Shown: positions 52,201 through 64,000 of the stretch, piece after piece
Position numbering within the stretch: position 1 is the stretch's first letter
Layout: each line of letters begins with the position of its first letter
Notes under the pieces: model-generated
The model's database searches: none
What the model was told of the DNA's origin: nothing
Seen by the model: the letters and a program-made list of their open reading frames with translations, nothing else
Assembly (NCBI GenBank): GCA_051362555.1
Contig: CM120645.1
Span: 3,286,001-3,350,000 of the forward strand
Direction: 5' to 3'
From: Lingula anatina
Lineage: Eukaryota > Animalia > Brachiopoda
Length of the DNA: 64,000 nucleotides
Position numbers and translations under genes: made by a program

Positions 52201-55200
52201 CTTGTATGAATACCTTATGTATTCGCTAACGTCGGTGAATATGGACAAAATACGGGATAAGATCTATGATAATATCCTGTAGAAAATATCTTTAACTTTG
52301 TTATGGACCTGATATATTCTAGTTTGGACTCAAAACACTCATTGGTCCAAATGAGCTTTTTTCTTGTAGATATGCATGTTTATGTACATTATTAGACCTA
52401 ATTCTATAGGACCTCGCATTTTGCGTGACAAATTTCATTGCTGCATGTCTAGCCGAAAATAGGGCAGGCTGTGCAGCTTAGTAAATCGAAGATCGAAGTA
52501 AGAGATAGTCAAGGTGCTGAAAAAGAGCGATGAATATCAACTGGTACTTCCACATGTACATATGGGTGTGTAATACAATCTTTATACACAAACATATAAG
52601 TAAAAGACATTTTTTGAGCTAAAGATAATTTATGCCACTGGCCCCTGTGCACGTTCGTATTGCGGAAAAAAGTTTGAAGTCGGTAAGGTATGGTTGCGCT
52701 TCTCTAAACTTTAAACATTGACTTGTTTTTTCTTGTTCATGTATGTCAATAAGTAATCATTATTACATGTAGATGCATGCATGTCCTCGGTTGTAATGTG
52801 TAGTGTCTGTCCGTGTGTGTGTCCGTGTGTGTCCTCGGTTAGAATGTAAAATTCTTGTCAGCAAAAAATTAGTTTTTATAAAAAATTAATTTATAACATT
52901 CATACTCGAATAGATTTTACCCTAAATTGATGTTTTTATTTTGATTTAACCAAGGAATAAGATGTCCTCGGTTGTATGGTGTTGTGCTGATGTCCTCGGT
53001 TGGTACACATAGACAAGTACACACACACACACACAGCTCTTCCTGTGTATATTTTAATTATGAAGAGAAAATAGAGAATTAACATCTTTGTTACTTGTAT
53101 TTTTACCTGGTCTCGAGGCATGCTGGTCCGTATCTATCTCCTCACGAGAACGAGTTAGTGGTCCCTGTATAACAAGTTGTACTGCTATGTTAGATATTAC
53201 TATGGCGGGTATCACGGTGAAATAAATTTGGCTTCGCCTCATGTACAATGAAAATGAAAATGCCGTATTGGGGGTAGGTTATATGCCAAATGTTTCTCTC
53301 ATGCCCCACAGGTGGATTTCCATACGCTTGTATATATTTCTGTGCATGTGTCCTTTGCGACATCTCATTATTCCAGTCTCTCGTTTGACGAAGACTGTTT
53401 TTCAAGTTAAAGGAGGCCATTGTTCTCGCTTGTACGTACTGTACTTGTATGAATACCTTATGTATTCGCTAACGTCGGTGAATATGGACAAAATACGGGA
53501 TAAGATCTATGATAATATCCTGTAGAAAATATCTTTAACTTTGTTATGGACCTGATATATTCTAGTTTGGACTCAAAACACTCATTGGTCCAAATGAGCT
53601 TTTTTCTTGTAGATATGCATGTTTATGTACATTATTAGACCTAATTCTATAGGACCTCGCATTTTGCGTGACAAATTTCATTGCTGCATGTCTAGCCAAA
53701 AATAGGGCAGGCTGTGCAGCTTAGTAAATCGAAGATCGAAGTAAGAGATAGTCAAGGTGCTGAAAAAGAGCGATGAATATCAACTGGTACTTCCACATGT
53801 ACATATGGGTGTGTAATACAATCTTTATACACAAACATATAAGTAAAAGACATTTTTTGAGCTAAAGATAATTTATGCCACTGGCCCCTGTGCACGTTCG
53901 TATTGCGGAAAAAAGTTTGAAGTCGGTAAGGTATGGTTGCGCTTCTCTAAACTTTAAACATTGACTTGTTTTTTCTTGTTCATGTATGTCAATAAGTAAT
54001 CATTATTACATGTAGATGCATGCATGTCCTCGGTTGTAATGTGTAGTGTCTGTCCGTGTGTGTGTCCGTGTGTGTCCTCGGTTAGAATGTAAAATTCTTG
54101 TCAGCAAAAAATTAGTTTTTATAAAAAATTAATTTATAACATTCATACTCGAATAGATTTTACCCTAAATTGATGTTTTTATTTTGATTTAACCAAGGAA
54201 TAAGATGTCCTCGGTTGTATGGTGTTGTGCTGATGTCCTCGGTTGGTACACATAGACAAGTACACACACACACACACAGCTCTTCCTGTGTATATTTTAA
54301 TTATGAAGAGAAAATAGAGAATTAACATCTTTGTTACTTGTATTTTTACCTGGTCTCGAGGCATGCTGGTCCGTATCTATCTCCTCACGAGAACGAGTTA
54401 GTGGTCCCTGTATAACAAGTTGTACTGCTATGTTAGATATTACTATGGCGGGTATCACGGTGAAATAAATTTGGCTTCGCCTCATGTACAATGAAAATGA
54501 AAATGCCGTATTGGGGGTAGGTTATATGCCAAATGTTTCTCTCATGCCCCACAGGTGGATTTCCATACGCTTGTATATATTTCTGTGCATGTGTCCTTTG
54601 CGACATCTCATTATTCCAGTCTCTCGTTTGACGAAGACTGTTTTTCAAGTTAAAGGAGGCCATTGTTCTCGCTTGTACGTACTGTACTTGTATGAATACC
54701 TTATGTATTCGCTAACGTCGGTGAATATGGACAAAATACGGGATAAGATCTATGATAATATCCTGTAGAAAATATCTTTAACTTTGTTATGGACCTGATA
54801 TATTCTAGTTTGGACTCAAAACACTCATTGGTCCAAATGAGCTTTTTTCTTGTAGATATGCATGTTTATGTACATTATTAGACCTAATTCTATAGGACCT
54901 CGCATTTTGCGTGACAAATTTCATTGCTGCATGTCTAGCCAAAAATAGGGCAGGCTGTGCAGCTTAGTAAATCGAAGATCGAAGTAAGAGATAGTCAAGG
55001 TGCTGAAAAAGAGCGATGAATATCAACTGGTACTTCCACATGTACATATGGGTGTGTAATACAATCTTTATACACAAACATATAAGTAAAAGACATTTTT
55101 TGAGCTAAAGATAATTTATGCCACTGGCCCCTGTGCACGTTCGTATTGCGGAAAAAAGTTTGAAGTCGGTAAGGTATGGTTGCGCTTCTCTAAACTTTAA

Positions 55201-55240
55201 ACATTGACTTGTTTTTTCTTGTTCATGTATGTCAATAAGT
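49026..55240. repeat. 1243 bp tandem repeat, 5 copies
   Basis: Exact 1243 periodicity. Confidence 0.95.
49378..49513 (-). CDS. Putative first coding exon of transferase copy 3; five tandem copies at 1243 bp spacing
   Basis: Identical to 32036-32171. Confidence 0.5.
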
Positions 55241-56785
55241 ACAGAAGAGAACAGTTTCTCTGATCATCTGTAATATCCTGCGTCGTTTTTCAAAGCAGTT
55301 TTACGAAATTATTTTTAATACGAGGTTACACGGGGAAAGTGGAAGGTAATAAATTTTAATAGCAGGGAAATTTTGTCACTGGTACCTTTTATGTCGTTTG
55401 AAACTCAATTTTTGGCATTAAAGCTATTAAATATTTTTTGCATGCATCAAAAATTGCTCATGGATGGTTTAGTTGTTTTCACTTAAATTATAATGTTTTC
55501 AAACGGGGCAAGAATTAAGGGAGATTTTAGTCTACGTGATAACGATAACCACAGCATAATTATGCTGCATATTTTTAATCGCTTGAAACGTTTGGCCGTA
55601 AGTTTAAGTCGTGTTTGTACTGTTTGTACATTGTACTGAATAATCATGTTTTATTGTAATGTATAGAACGAAAAGAGAAGCCATACGTTCGAAATATCGG
55701 ATCAAAAAAAGGAGTTAATCACTTTTAGTGACATAGGAACAAAATTAGAAGCTGACCTGGGATACACCTGCCTGAAAAGAGGGGGGGGGGGCACGGCGAT
55801 AGATAAAAGCCTGAAGTAAAATTTACGTCAGGAAGTTTTCAAAGCCTTATTTAAGAACAAAAAGAAAGGAGACCCAATGTTGACGCACGCACGCTGCTCA
55901 TGACAGTGGGTGGGAAACAGTACAATACGAGCTGCATTTTCTACATTTATTTACTTGGAAATACAGTGTTTGCCGGCAATGGAAGCACAAGGGAATAAAA
56001 CTGAGAAAAAAAAAACCCTCTCCATTACAGCTGAATCTGAATTAATTTCGACTTCAACACGCTGGTCATACGTGAAACATTTGTCTTAAACTGTATATTT
56101 TTCAAAATGTGCTGACTCTGCCCCTGGTTGTTCGATAAAACAATATGTTGGCGGCCAGCAGCAATTGGTATCGGTAAACTGGTAAATCAGTTGATATGTT
56201 CGACTGTCAAAATAAATGCTTTAGACCTCAATAAAATAGACACAACTAAAATATACTGTATTAAACAAGCCTTCCAACAGGTGCTCATTGGTTTATGGGC
56301 CTGTAAATTGAGCGTTTCTGACCTATTTCATGTCTTCAACCTACAGTTTGTGCAGTTTCGAGGGCGCCTTTTTAATCTCCATCTCTCCTTCTTTCGGCAA
56401 CTTTTCTTGCGCTACTGATTGATTCGCCCGCGATGCTTGTTCTCATGAAAGTGCCAACTATCTATTATTTAATGTTTCATCACTTTCTGGAGTCTGAAGT
56501 TACGCCCGTGAAACGTATGTCAGTTTTAAGTTGATAAAATGTCCAATAGGAACCCGTCGCGTGGTACACGTTATGGTAATGCCACCAATTATTTACCTTA
56601 TATGGTAAAGATTGTGCGGGCTGACAGTCACTGCGAGGCTGGGGTGCCGCGTTGATATGTATAAATACGAACCCTCAAAGCACAACTCCTCACCCTACCT
56701 CATCCATCGGAGACGCAGGGACCCAAGAGAACCCACCAAGGACGCGACAGTTGCAGCAAGAAGCCCCGTACTACTGAACGCCACT

Positions 56786-58631
56786 ATGCACTTGTTCCTG
56801 GCTATAGTGCTGTCTGCCAGCCTGGCGGTTGCCGAAGGTAAGTTCCAAGATGCTTCGCAGGCCGATCTTGCTCTTACCAAGGGGTTTCAAGAACCTTTTA
56901 CTGCATTTCCATTTGAAACCTCTTAGAACGCTAGACCTTACCTAGTGTAGGAACGTTTCCCAGGAAACGAGATTTAAACAGAGACCGTAACAGAGATGGT
57001 CGCCCATTGTTCTCCGGTCTCTATTCATTTCGACCAATGAAAGACCGGCAAACGCGCTCCACCCCAAAGTGTGTAATCTCCTTTGTTCGAACTGCTTGCT
57101 TTTAGCAACTTCAATTAAAGTTTTTTTTTTGCTACAGCTGCCCCCCCCCCCCCCTAAAAAGCCTAAAATTTGATCTTAAGATGAATTTTTTAGTGCACTC
57201 CAGTTTAGGATAAACCCATAGCCGTTTATTAAAATAAAGGTTTGGTACGAGGCATTATTTAGTGAGGAACCGCTACTAAATTTGATGTTGATTATCACAT
57301 ATTTTAATTTCATGGAAATTGTAATGGTCCAAATTCGAAGGAGGTCAGAGTGCAAAATTTGTTCTCCAATCAGTCGCATGCCGAGTTGAATAGGTCAATG
57401 ATAATATTTAGGTATTGTTCTTTAGACCCACTAAAGCAAAACACAGTCAAGGTAAAAGCTAGCGTTTTAACTCTTTTTCTTCCCGATGAAATAAGGTAAT
57501 TAGGAGTTCGAAACAGACCCCCTTTATTTTCCTCGCAAAAAGGGTAATATACTGAGTAAGCTGCTTCAACTTATATAAATCGATGACGGTTTTGCTTCTA
57601 AACGTTGTTTCATCGATTGATTGATCGATTTCAGGTTGACACATGTAACGATGCTAGTTTGGTAATCTAAGAGTGCATTCCCATAGATTTTAGATCGATC
57701 TATCCCCGTGGGGAGTCTCACTATAATACTGTCAGATAATCTGGCTTAAATGTTCGTCCCGCCTACTACAAGCTGTAAAGGGGTAATTAACTTCCGTGTC
57801 CGCTCAGCTGACAGCTATTCAACGTGAACCCCCAGGGAGTTAGGTCGATCTAGTTGGATCGATCTAATCTCTGGGAATGGGGTCTAACTGAAGGGTGGAT
57901 TTCGTGATCTCATGGTTGATTAGTTTTTCAGGTCATGTTTTTTCGCGATTGACCGATGGTTTATTCAATCGTTTCATTTGTTGTCTGGTTGACTATGTAA
58001 TTAAATTATTAAATTTGCAATAACTTTATTATTTGATTGATGATTTGATGGTGAAACAGCTCGATTGAGTGATTGATTAACCGATTTGTCGAACGAATGG
58101 TTTGTATGATAATTATTCGTCCAATCAATGAATGACTGACTGTTGCTTTGGTTTGCAGGGGGATACATCAGCCCTCCGTTCCTTCTGAGGCACAGATCTA
58201 GCGGCCAATGTTACGCCTATGCTACATGGTGGGCCTGGGGCATGCAGTATGAAAAATTCCGTGCAGACGATTGCAGCAAGTCGACATTACTGCGCTGGTA
58301 TCAGGAGGAAGGGCAATTGGGCTATCTGAAGGTCGAAGGCTCTGACGGACATTGTTTGACTCCCCTCGGTAGCTCGGCTGAACCAGCGGATAATACAGGG
58401 ATTTTCCCACACTCAAAATGCGATAATGCTGCATTGTTTGCAATCGAAGAAGGAGAAGGCCGGATCAAACATTCTGGGGGTAAATATGTTCACGCGTCCC
58501 CATATAACCAAGAAGTGCCAGGCGTCAATTCCGATTTGATCATACACGGAGGAACTTCCCAATACAATCAGTTTGACTTTGTTGACAAGCAACTCAATAA
58601 AGTTCAGGTTATTCCAAACGATCTGGTGTAG
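56786..58631 (+). CDS. Secreted lectin-only mytilectin-type protein, copy 4 (exons 56786-56837 and 58159-58631; 174 aa)
   Basis: Translation identical to copy 3. Confidence 0.8.
57671..57884. mobile_element. PIF/Harbinger-like MITE (duplicate)
   Basis: Identical to 37841-38054. Confidence 0.75.
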
Positions 58632-61004
58632 GACACTGGATTATAATCAGAGACCAACCAGTATCCCCAATAACAAAAAGTAGATATTGGTGCAATTGCC
58701 TGTCAATATTATTCATTTAGAATAACTTTTTTTTTATCTCCCTGCCATGCCAAATTTCACGGATCGGGTTTCTGTCTTTTTTCCCCACAGTCCTTTCTAT
58801 TTAGCATTCAGATTTTTCAGTGGAGCACTAAGGTTGCTGTCGCTGAGAATTACAAATTCCAAAATTTGGTATTTGGATTCAATTCATTGTACACAGTGTC
58901 TCCATAATGAAATCACTTTAAAAACCAAAAATATATTTTATGATACACGTGTCCCACTTTAATTGCCTTCGTAGTGTACGATCACTACCTTATGTTATAG
59001 TATATTCTATACCTCAATACCTCAACTTGAAGCCACATTAACTTATTATTATTTCTTACTCTGATATATCTCTTATTTTGGTGGAGGAACCAAAAAAATG
59101 AGCAAAATGATAAAAAAGGTTCTGATTCGATCTTTTCTTAATGGACAGCTGTTTTGTATCGAGGACAACTTTCATGAGGCCGTTGTTGGAACTCCTTGGT
59201 TTCACACATTTCGCTTTTTGACAGTACTTGTGAACTACACTTGACATGTTAATCGACATATCTGAAATAAAAGTAGAAAGATTCAGGACCACAGACACTT
59301 GCTTGACTTGTTTTTTTTTTGTATCGCGTCTCTTCGTTTGTTACCCTAAATCCTAATTTTTGCATATTATTTATTTATTTATTTATTTTGCTTGCCACTT
59401 TCTATGGAACAAATTTATTATTATTTAAAGACCTGTTCATGGACAGTGTTTTTCACGTTTATAATTCTCTTCAAAATGCTCAACAAACAATGCATAATTA
59501 AATTTTTAATGATAAACGTATCAGACCGTGTTTATATATTTTGTAATTATCTAATGAAATAATTTCCAGTTGAATTCCTCGTAAATAATGCAGACTTATT
59601 ATTGCTTGAATAAGGACCTTATTGTCCATGGGCCAAATACCCCCCCCCCCCTAGTGATTTTCGTTCACTATGTTTTTTCTGATAGCTTATGTCCTTAGCT
59701 TTTATATTCTGTTTGTTTGCCATTAAACAGGTGGTGGGGGCGTGTCGTACAGCCGTTGTCATGGTAGCAAACGTGGTAAAAACTAACAGTTCCGAGACCA
59801 ACAAAATCTAATATATTTCAAATGCATTGACTAAATGGAATTTAAAATCATTCTAGACGTGTAGTCCAAGAAATGCACTAGAAATGATAATTTTTATTTC
59901 ATCATTAAAGAATTAGAATATCAGAGATATTTTGATGCACCAGTGTAGCCTAGAGTCTCTACTTTCTGCCTAATAGTGCTTGTTCAAGGTGCAGTCTTTA
60001 TATTGAGATGACAAATCCTGAAATCCAATATGGCTGCCACAAAACATGTCTTTTACATATAGCTGTCCTGTCTGGAAATATGACAGATTCATCATCCCAT
60101 ATTAAAATCTTCATTACTTTTGATGTATTGAATATGAAAATAGAACCGTTTTCAATTACTTGAGTTAATTTGGATGAAAGTATGACTTTCAAATTTCAAA
60201 ATGGCCGCCAATGATCATGAAATAACATCTTTTTAACCAGTGGACTGAAAAGTTAGAGCTATATGCCTCATTTCATCTAAAGTTTGGATGAGAATTTATT
60301 TTCATAATACTGCTCATCCCTTCTAGATGTGTGGCCATGTAAAATGATTAAAAAAGAAAGATGAAATGGTCAACAATAACCGAAGACTCATCCCTTCTAG
60401 ATGTGTGGCCATGTAAAATGATTATAAAAGATAGATGAAATGGTCAACAATAACCGAAGACTTGGACTTGAAATTCCCAGTGAAATCTTAATGAATAGAA
60501 ATGATTTATATTTAGATAATAGGTTAGTTATGTTCATCACAAAGTGTAAGAGGTATTTTGAAAGGAAAATGTAACATTTATTCAGTCAGCACAACAATAT
60601 GCATAAACCGTATTTTGTGATGGCCACCTTGGGTTTCAGGTTTTTACACTTAAAAAAGAGGGTTTTGGAGTAACGGTCACTCTACACAGTAATTATGTGA
60701 TTCAGATCCTATCAACATCCTAACAGTTTTCAATTCTAATGCTAAGTTTGCAAAAAGCTACTTTCAGTAATAAGTAGTAAATTTAACACAAATCTGTCAC
60801 TATCTTGGATTGGCTACCATTTTGGCAATTTAACTATGATATTTTTTCAAATAATTTCATTAATTGCTGAGGCCCAAGTCAATTTTTTTTAAGTTTACAA
60901 TACACCGAGTTCATATTTTTGAAATACATGACAATTTAAAGGTCTCAGAAATTATCATTTAAAAACCCCTGTGTTACTATGGCAACAGCTAATTCTGTCA
61001 CACC

Positions 61005-61060
<56 letters not shown>

Positions 61061-62965
61061 ATTTATTTTGAGTCTAAAATCCATGATTATATGTTCAGAA
61101 AACTTGACATATACAAAAAACAATTACTTAAGAATCAATTATTAAGAATAGATAAATAAATAAATTACAAAGCTTAACAACAAAAAAATTAAGAGTATTC
61201 TAGATAAAACATACGTTTCATCACATAAAAGTACTTACAGTACATAAATAAAACATGTTTGTTAAGAAAAAATAATCAATTCTAAGTAAAAAAAAAAGAA
61301 AAAAAAGCCCTATTTGCACATAGAAAGAAACATAGAAGTAGAACAGCTTTATTTCTTACAGTGCAAAAATGCAATTACTATAAAATTTGTAAAATCAATT
61401 TAAAAGTTGATTAGTCAAAAAAATTACTGAATAGTTATGTCTTCAATTCTTATTTTAAAATGCTTGGTAGACTGAATTGATCGGATTTTCAGTGGTAATA
61501 AATTCCATTCCTTTGGACCTGTTGATTTAAAAGAAATGTTGCCATAAGTTTTAAGGCGCATTTTTACCAGCTTATATAAGTAACAATTTGTCTACAGCCC
61601 GCAGGGTTCTTTCTAGAACATAGTGAGTGACTAATTCACTTAGGTAGATCGGTGCAACTTTGTAAAAAGCGTCATGAACAAAGGCTAGGAATTTAAATAA
61701 AATCCTGGCTTGCAGAGGTATAGCCAATGTAACTCTTTAAAAACTAGGGTGATATGGTAACTCATGGATGTACGGATTGATAAGCTAGCTGAGATGTTCT
61801 GAATACGCTGCAGTCTTTTAATCTGTTTTTTTTTTTTTTGACAACCATAAAATAGAATTACAGTAATCCAATCTAGATATTACTAAACAATTTGTAACTG
61901 TAGCTGCAGCAGAGTCAGATAGGTGATTACGAATTGCGTACTGTTCCTCATGTTAAATACTGCTGTCTTGCATATGCTAGCAATTTGCTTATTCATAGAA
62001 AGTGTTCTATCTAAAAAAACACCAAAATTCTTAGCATGGGGCGTTGGCTTTATGATACTGGATCCAATTTTGAATTTTTTTCTGATATTTTTTGATTATG
62101 TGGCTGGGTTACAACTAAAAGTTCAGATTTTACATCATTGATTTTCAACTTATTTCTTATCAACCACCTTCGTAGATCATCAATACACCTAGACAGCTTT
62201 TCAATTGATTCATTAGGATTTTCTACATTACAGCATGTAAAAAATTTGCGTATCATCAGAAAAAATATGACAGCGAATACTGTGATGTCTCAATATGGCC
62301 ACAATGGGTCATGTATACAATGTATACATACAAAAAGTTAGAGGTCCAAGAACACTACATTGAGGTGCACCAAAAGCTAACTCTGACACATTTGACAATA
62401 TTCCATTAATTAAAACCTGTTGTGAACGACCTGTAAGATAGGAGCGTAAAAGGCTAAGTGCAGAGTCCCTGATAACAACATAATCTTCGAGAAAAGATAA
62501 AAGTAGTTCATGATCGACTGTATCAAATACTGCAGATAGGTCTAATAAGACTAAAAGAATCATTGAGTGTTCATCGAGTCCACACAGGAGATCACTTTTT
62601 ATTCTTAGCAATGCTGATTCAGTACTGTGTCTGGCCTAAATGTGATAGCAATCTTCCAACAATGACCCTTTCAACGGTTTTTGATAGAAACGAGAGGTTA
62701 AACACATGTCTGTAATTTCCAAATGTATCAGTGTCTAGAGATGGCTTTTTTTTAGTAGGGGTTAAACCACAGCTTTCTTGAGTTGATCAGGGAAAGAACC
62801 AGAAGCAAAACTAGTGTCCATGATTTGCGTTATCAGGTTGATGAACCATGAGCGCTGTCAACATTGGATCAAGTATGCATGACCTCTTCTTAGTTTTGTT
62901 AATTATTTTTGTTACTTCGTCTGTAGATGCTTCTTGGAATATGAAAGGGTTGAAATGGGCTCCAG
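61005..62965 (-). mobile_element. Same LINE remnant, unit 4
   Basis: Near-identical to unit 3. Confidence 0.85.
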
Positions 62966-63539
62966 CAGCAGATCAGATAACAAATATGATTGTTAAACAT
63001 CGCATTAGTATATCAATAGTTTTGTTTGACTGAATATCTCATATACATACTAATTATCTGTTAAAATATCGGAATACCATAAAAGAGTTTAAACAATGGT
63101 CTATGTAATATTTTCATTTATTTTCATATTGATGACTTCATGGTTTGGCAACAAAGTTAGAAAACGTGTCAATTTTGGTGTTTCAACTTCAAAGTTTTAC
63201 AATTTAAGCAAAAATTAGACTTTTGGCCTGTATAATCTTCTAACTCATTATTTCTTGTGGAAGAGAAAAATCTGACTTTTCAAGGGGTAAGCACTCTGTA
63301 AAGTGCTCCTAGTGCAGAAGGTACTAGTAATATGTTTTCATTGGCATGTCTAGTAGTGGTTGAATAATTTGAATCTGCAATAATACATCTGTGGTTAGCT
63401 CCGAAGGGGTGGGGATGGAGGAGGCAGTAGCTGTAAGCACCACCCCCTTAGTCTGCCATCTTATCTTCAGGGCCCAATCTAAATAAAATATATAATTATA
63501 AAGTTTAAGATCGGCTGTTGTGGACTTCATCCTACACAC

Positions 63540-63705
63540 CTCCACTGCCCCATGAGCGCCCCCTTCTTATACCAGTCAGCGTAGTGGCCCTTCAGGTGGA
63601 CATAAGGAGGAAAAATCATATACCGCTCTCTGCCCAACTGGTCCCGAGTGTCCACCGGTTCGGCACCAACACTTAACAAGCATTTCGCCGCTTTCATGTC
63701 CTCGG
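63540..63705 (-). pseudogene. C1GALT1: C1GALT1-like copy 4, penultimate exon (upstream exons lie beyond the window)
   Basis: Same lesions as copy 3. Confidence 0.75.
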
Positions 63706-64000
63706 TTGATGTCCAGAAAACAAATGGCAGATTAAAATATTAAATTAAGTCAGAATATTTTTGTTGATTTTAAGCTTATTGCGTGATCAGTGGATATATA
63801 TATAGAAGGTACCCTGGATATGTTACATTGTATAATGGCAATGTTTATTGAGACAGAATATACGTTTGAACCAAATAGGACGGTGCAATGTGAAATCTTC
63901 TCTACCACAATCTATCTCATGTATTTCCACTTTGTGTGATTATGAATACAGTTGCCTATAAAGATTGCTTAAGTTTTCACGTGTACTATAAGGTTATAAA

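Larger units (their letters stand above)
27090..64000. repeat. Recent tandem segmental duplication, type B: ~27090-44155 matches ~44430-64000
   Basis: Near-identical at offset 17340, rising to ~19830 after two extra 1243 bp repeats. Confidence 0.95.

Noticed and set aside
1-64000. Whole array as an assembly artefact
   Set aside because: Units differ by SNPs, an inversion, independent insertions and repeat copy number; exact copy number still needs read support.

Overview
Animal (probably marine invertebrate) genomic DNA, AT-rich, with spliceosomal introns. The window is a tandem array of about four copies of a 14-20 kb unit. Each unit carries two genes. (i) A + strand, two-exon gene for a secreted mytilectin (MytiLec)-type beta-trefoil lectin. 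Copies 1 and 2 encode 299 aa with a C-terminal aerolysin-like pore-forming domain. Copies 3 and 4 encode a divergent 174 aa lectin-only form that lost the pore domain. (ii) A - strand, four-exon core-1 beta-1,3-galactosyltransferase (C1GALT1/T-synthase-like) gene; every copy in the window has an apparent lesion. The units also hold a decayed CR1/L2-type LINE, LTR remnants, MITEs, a 2.8 kb non-autonomous DNA transposon, and a 1243 bp tandem repeat (3 and 5 copies) that multiplies the putative first transferase exon. A unique ~1.8 kb insertion (about 24026-25830) combines an unknown ORF, a histone-type 3' stem-loop, eleven covarying CGAGAYR-loop hairpins and a minimal hammerhead ribozyme. All family assignments come from motif recognition by eye; no searches were run.
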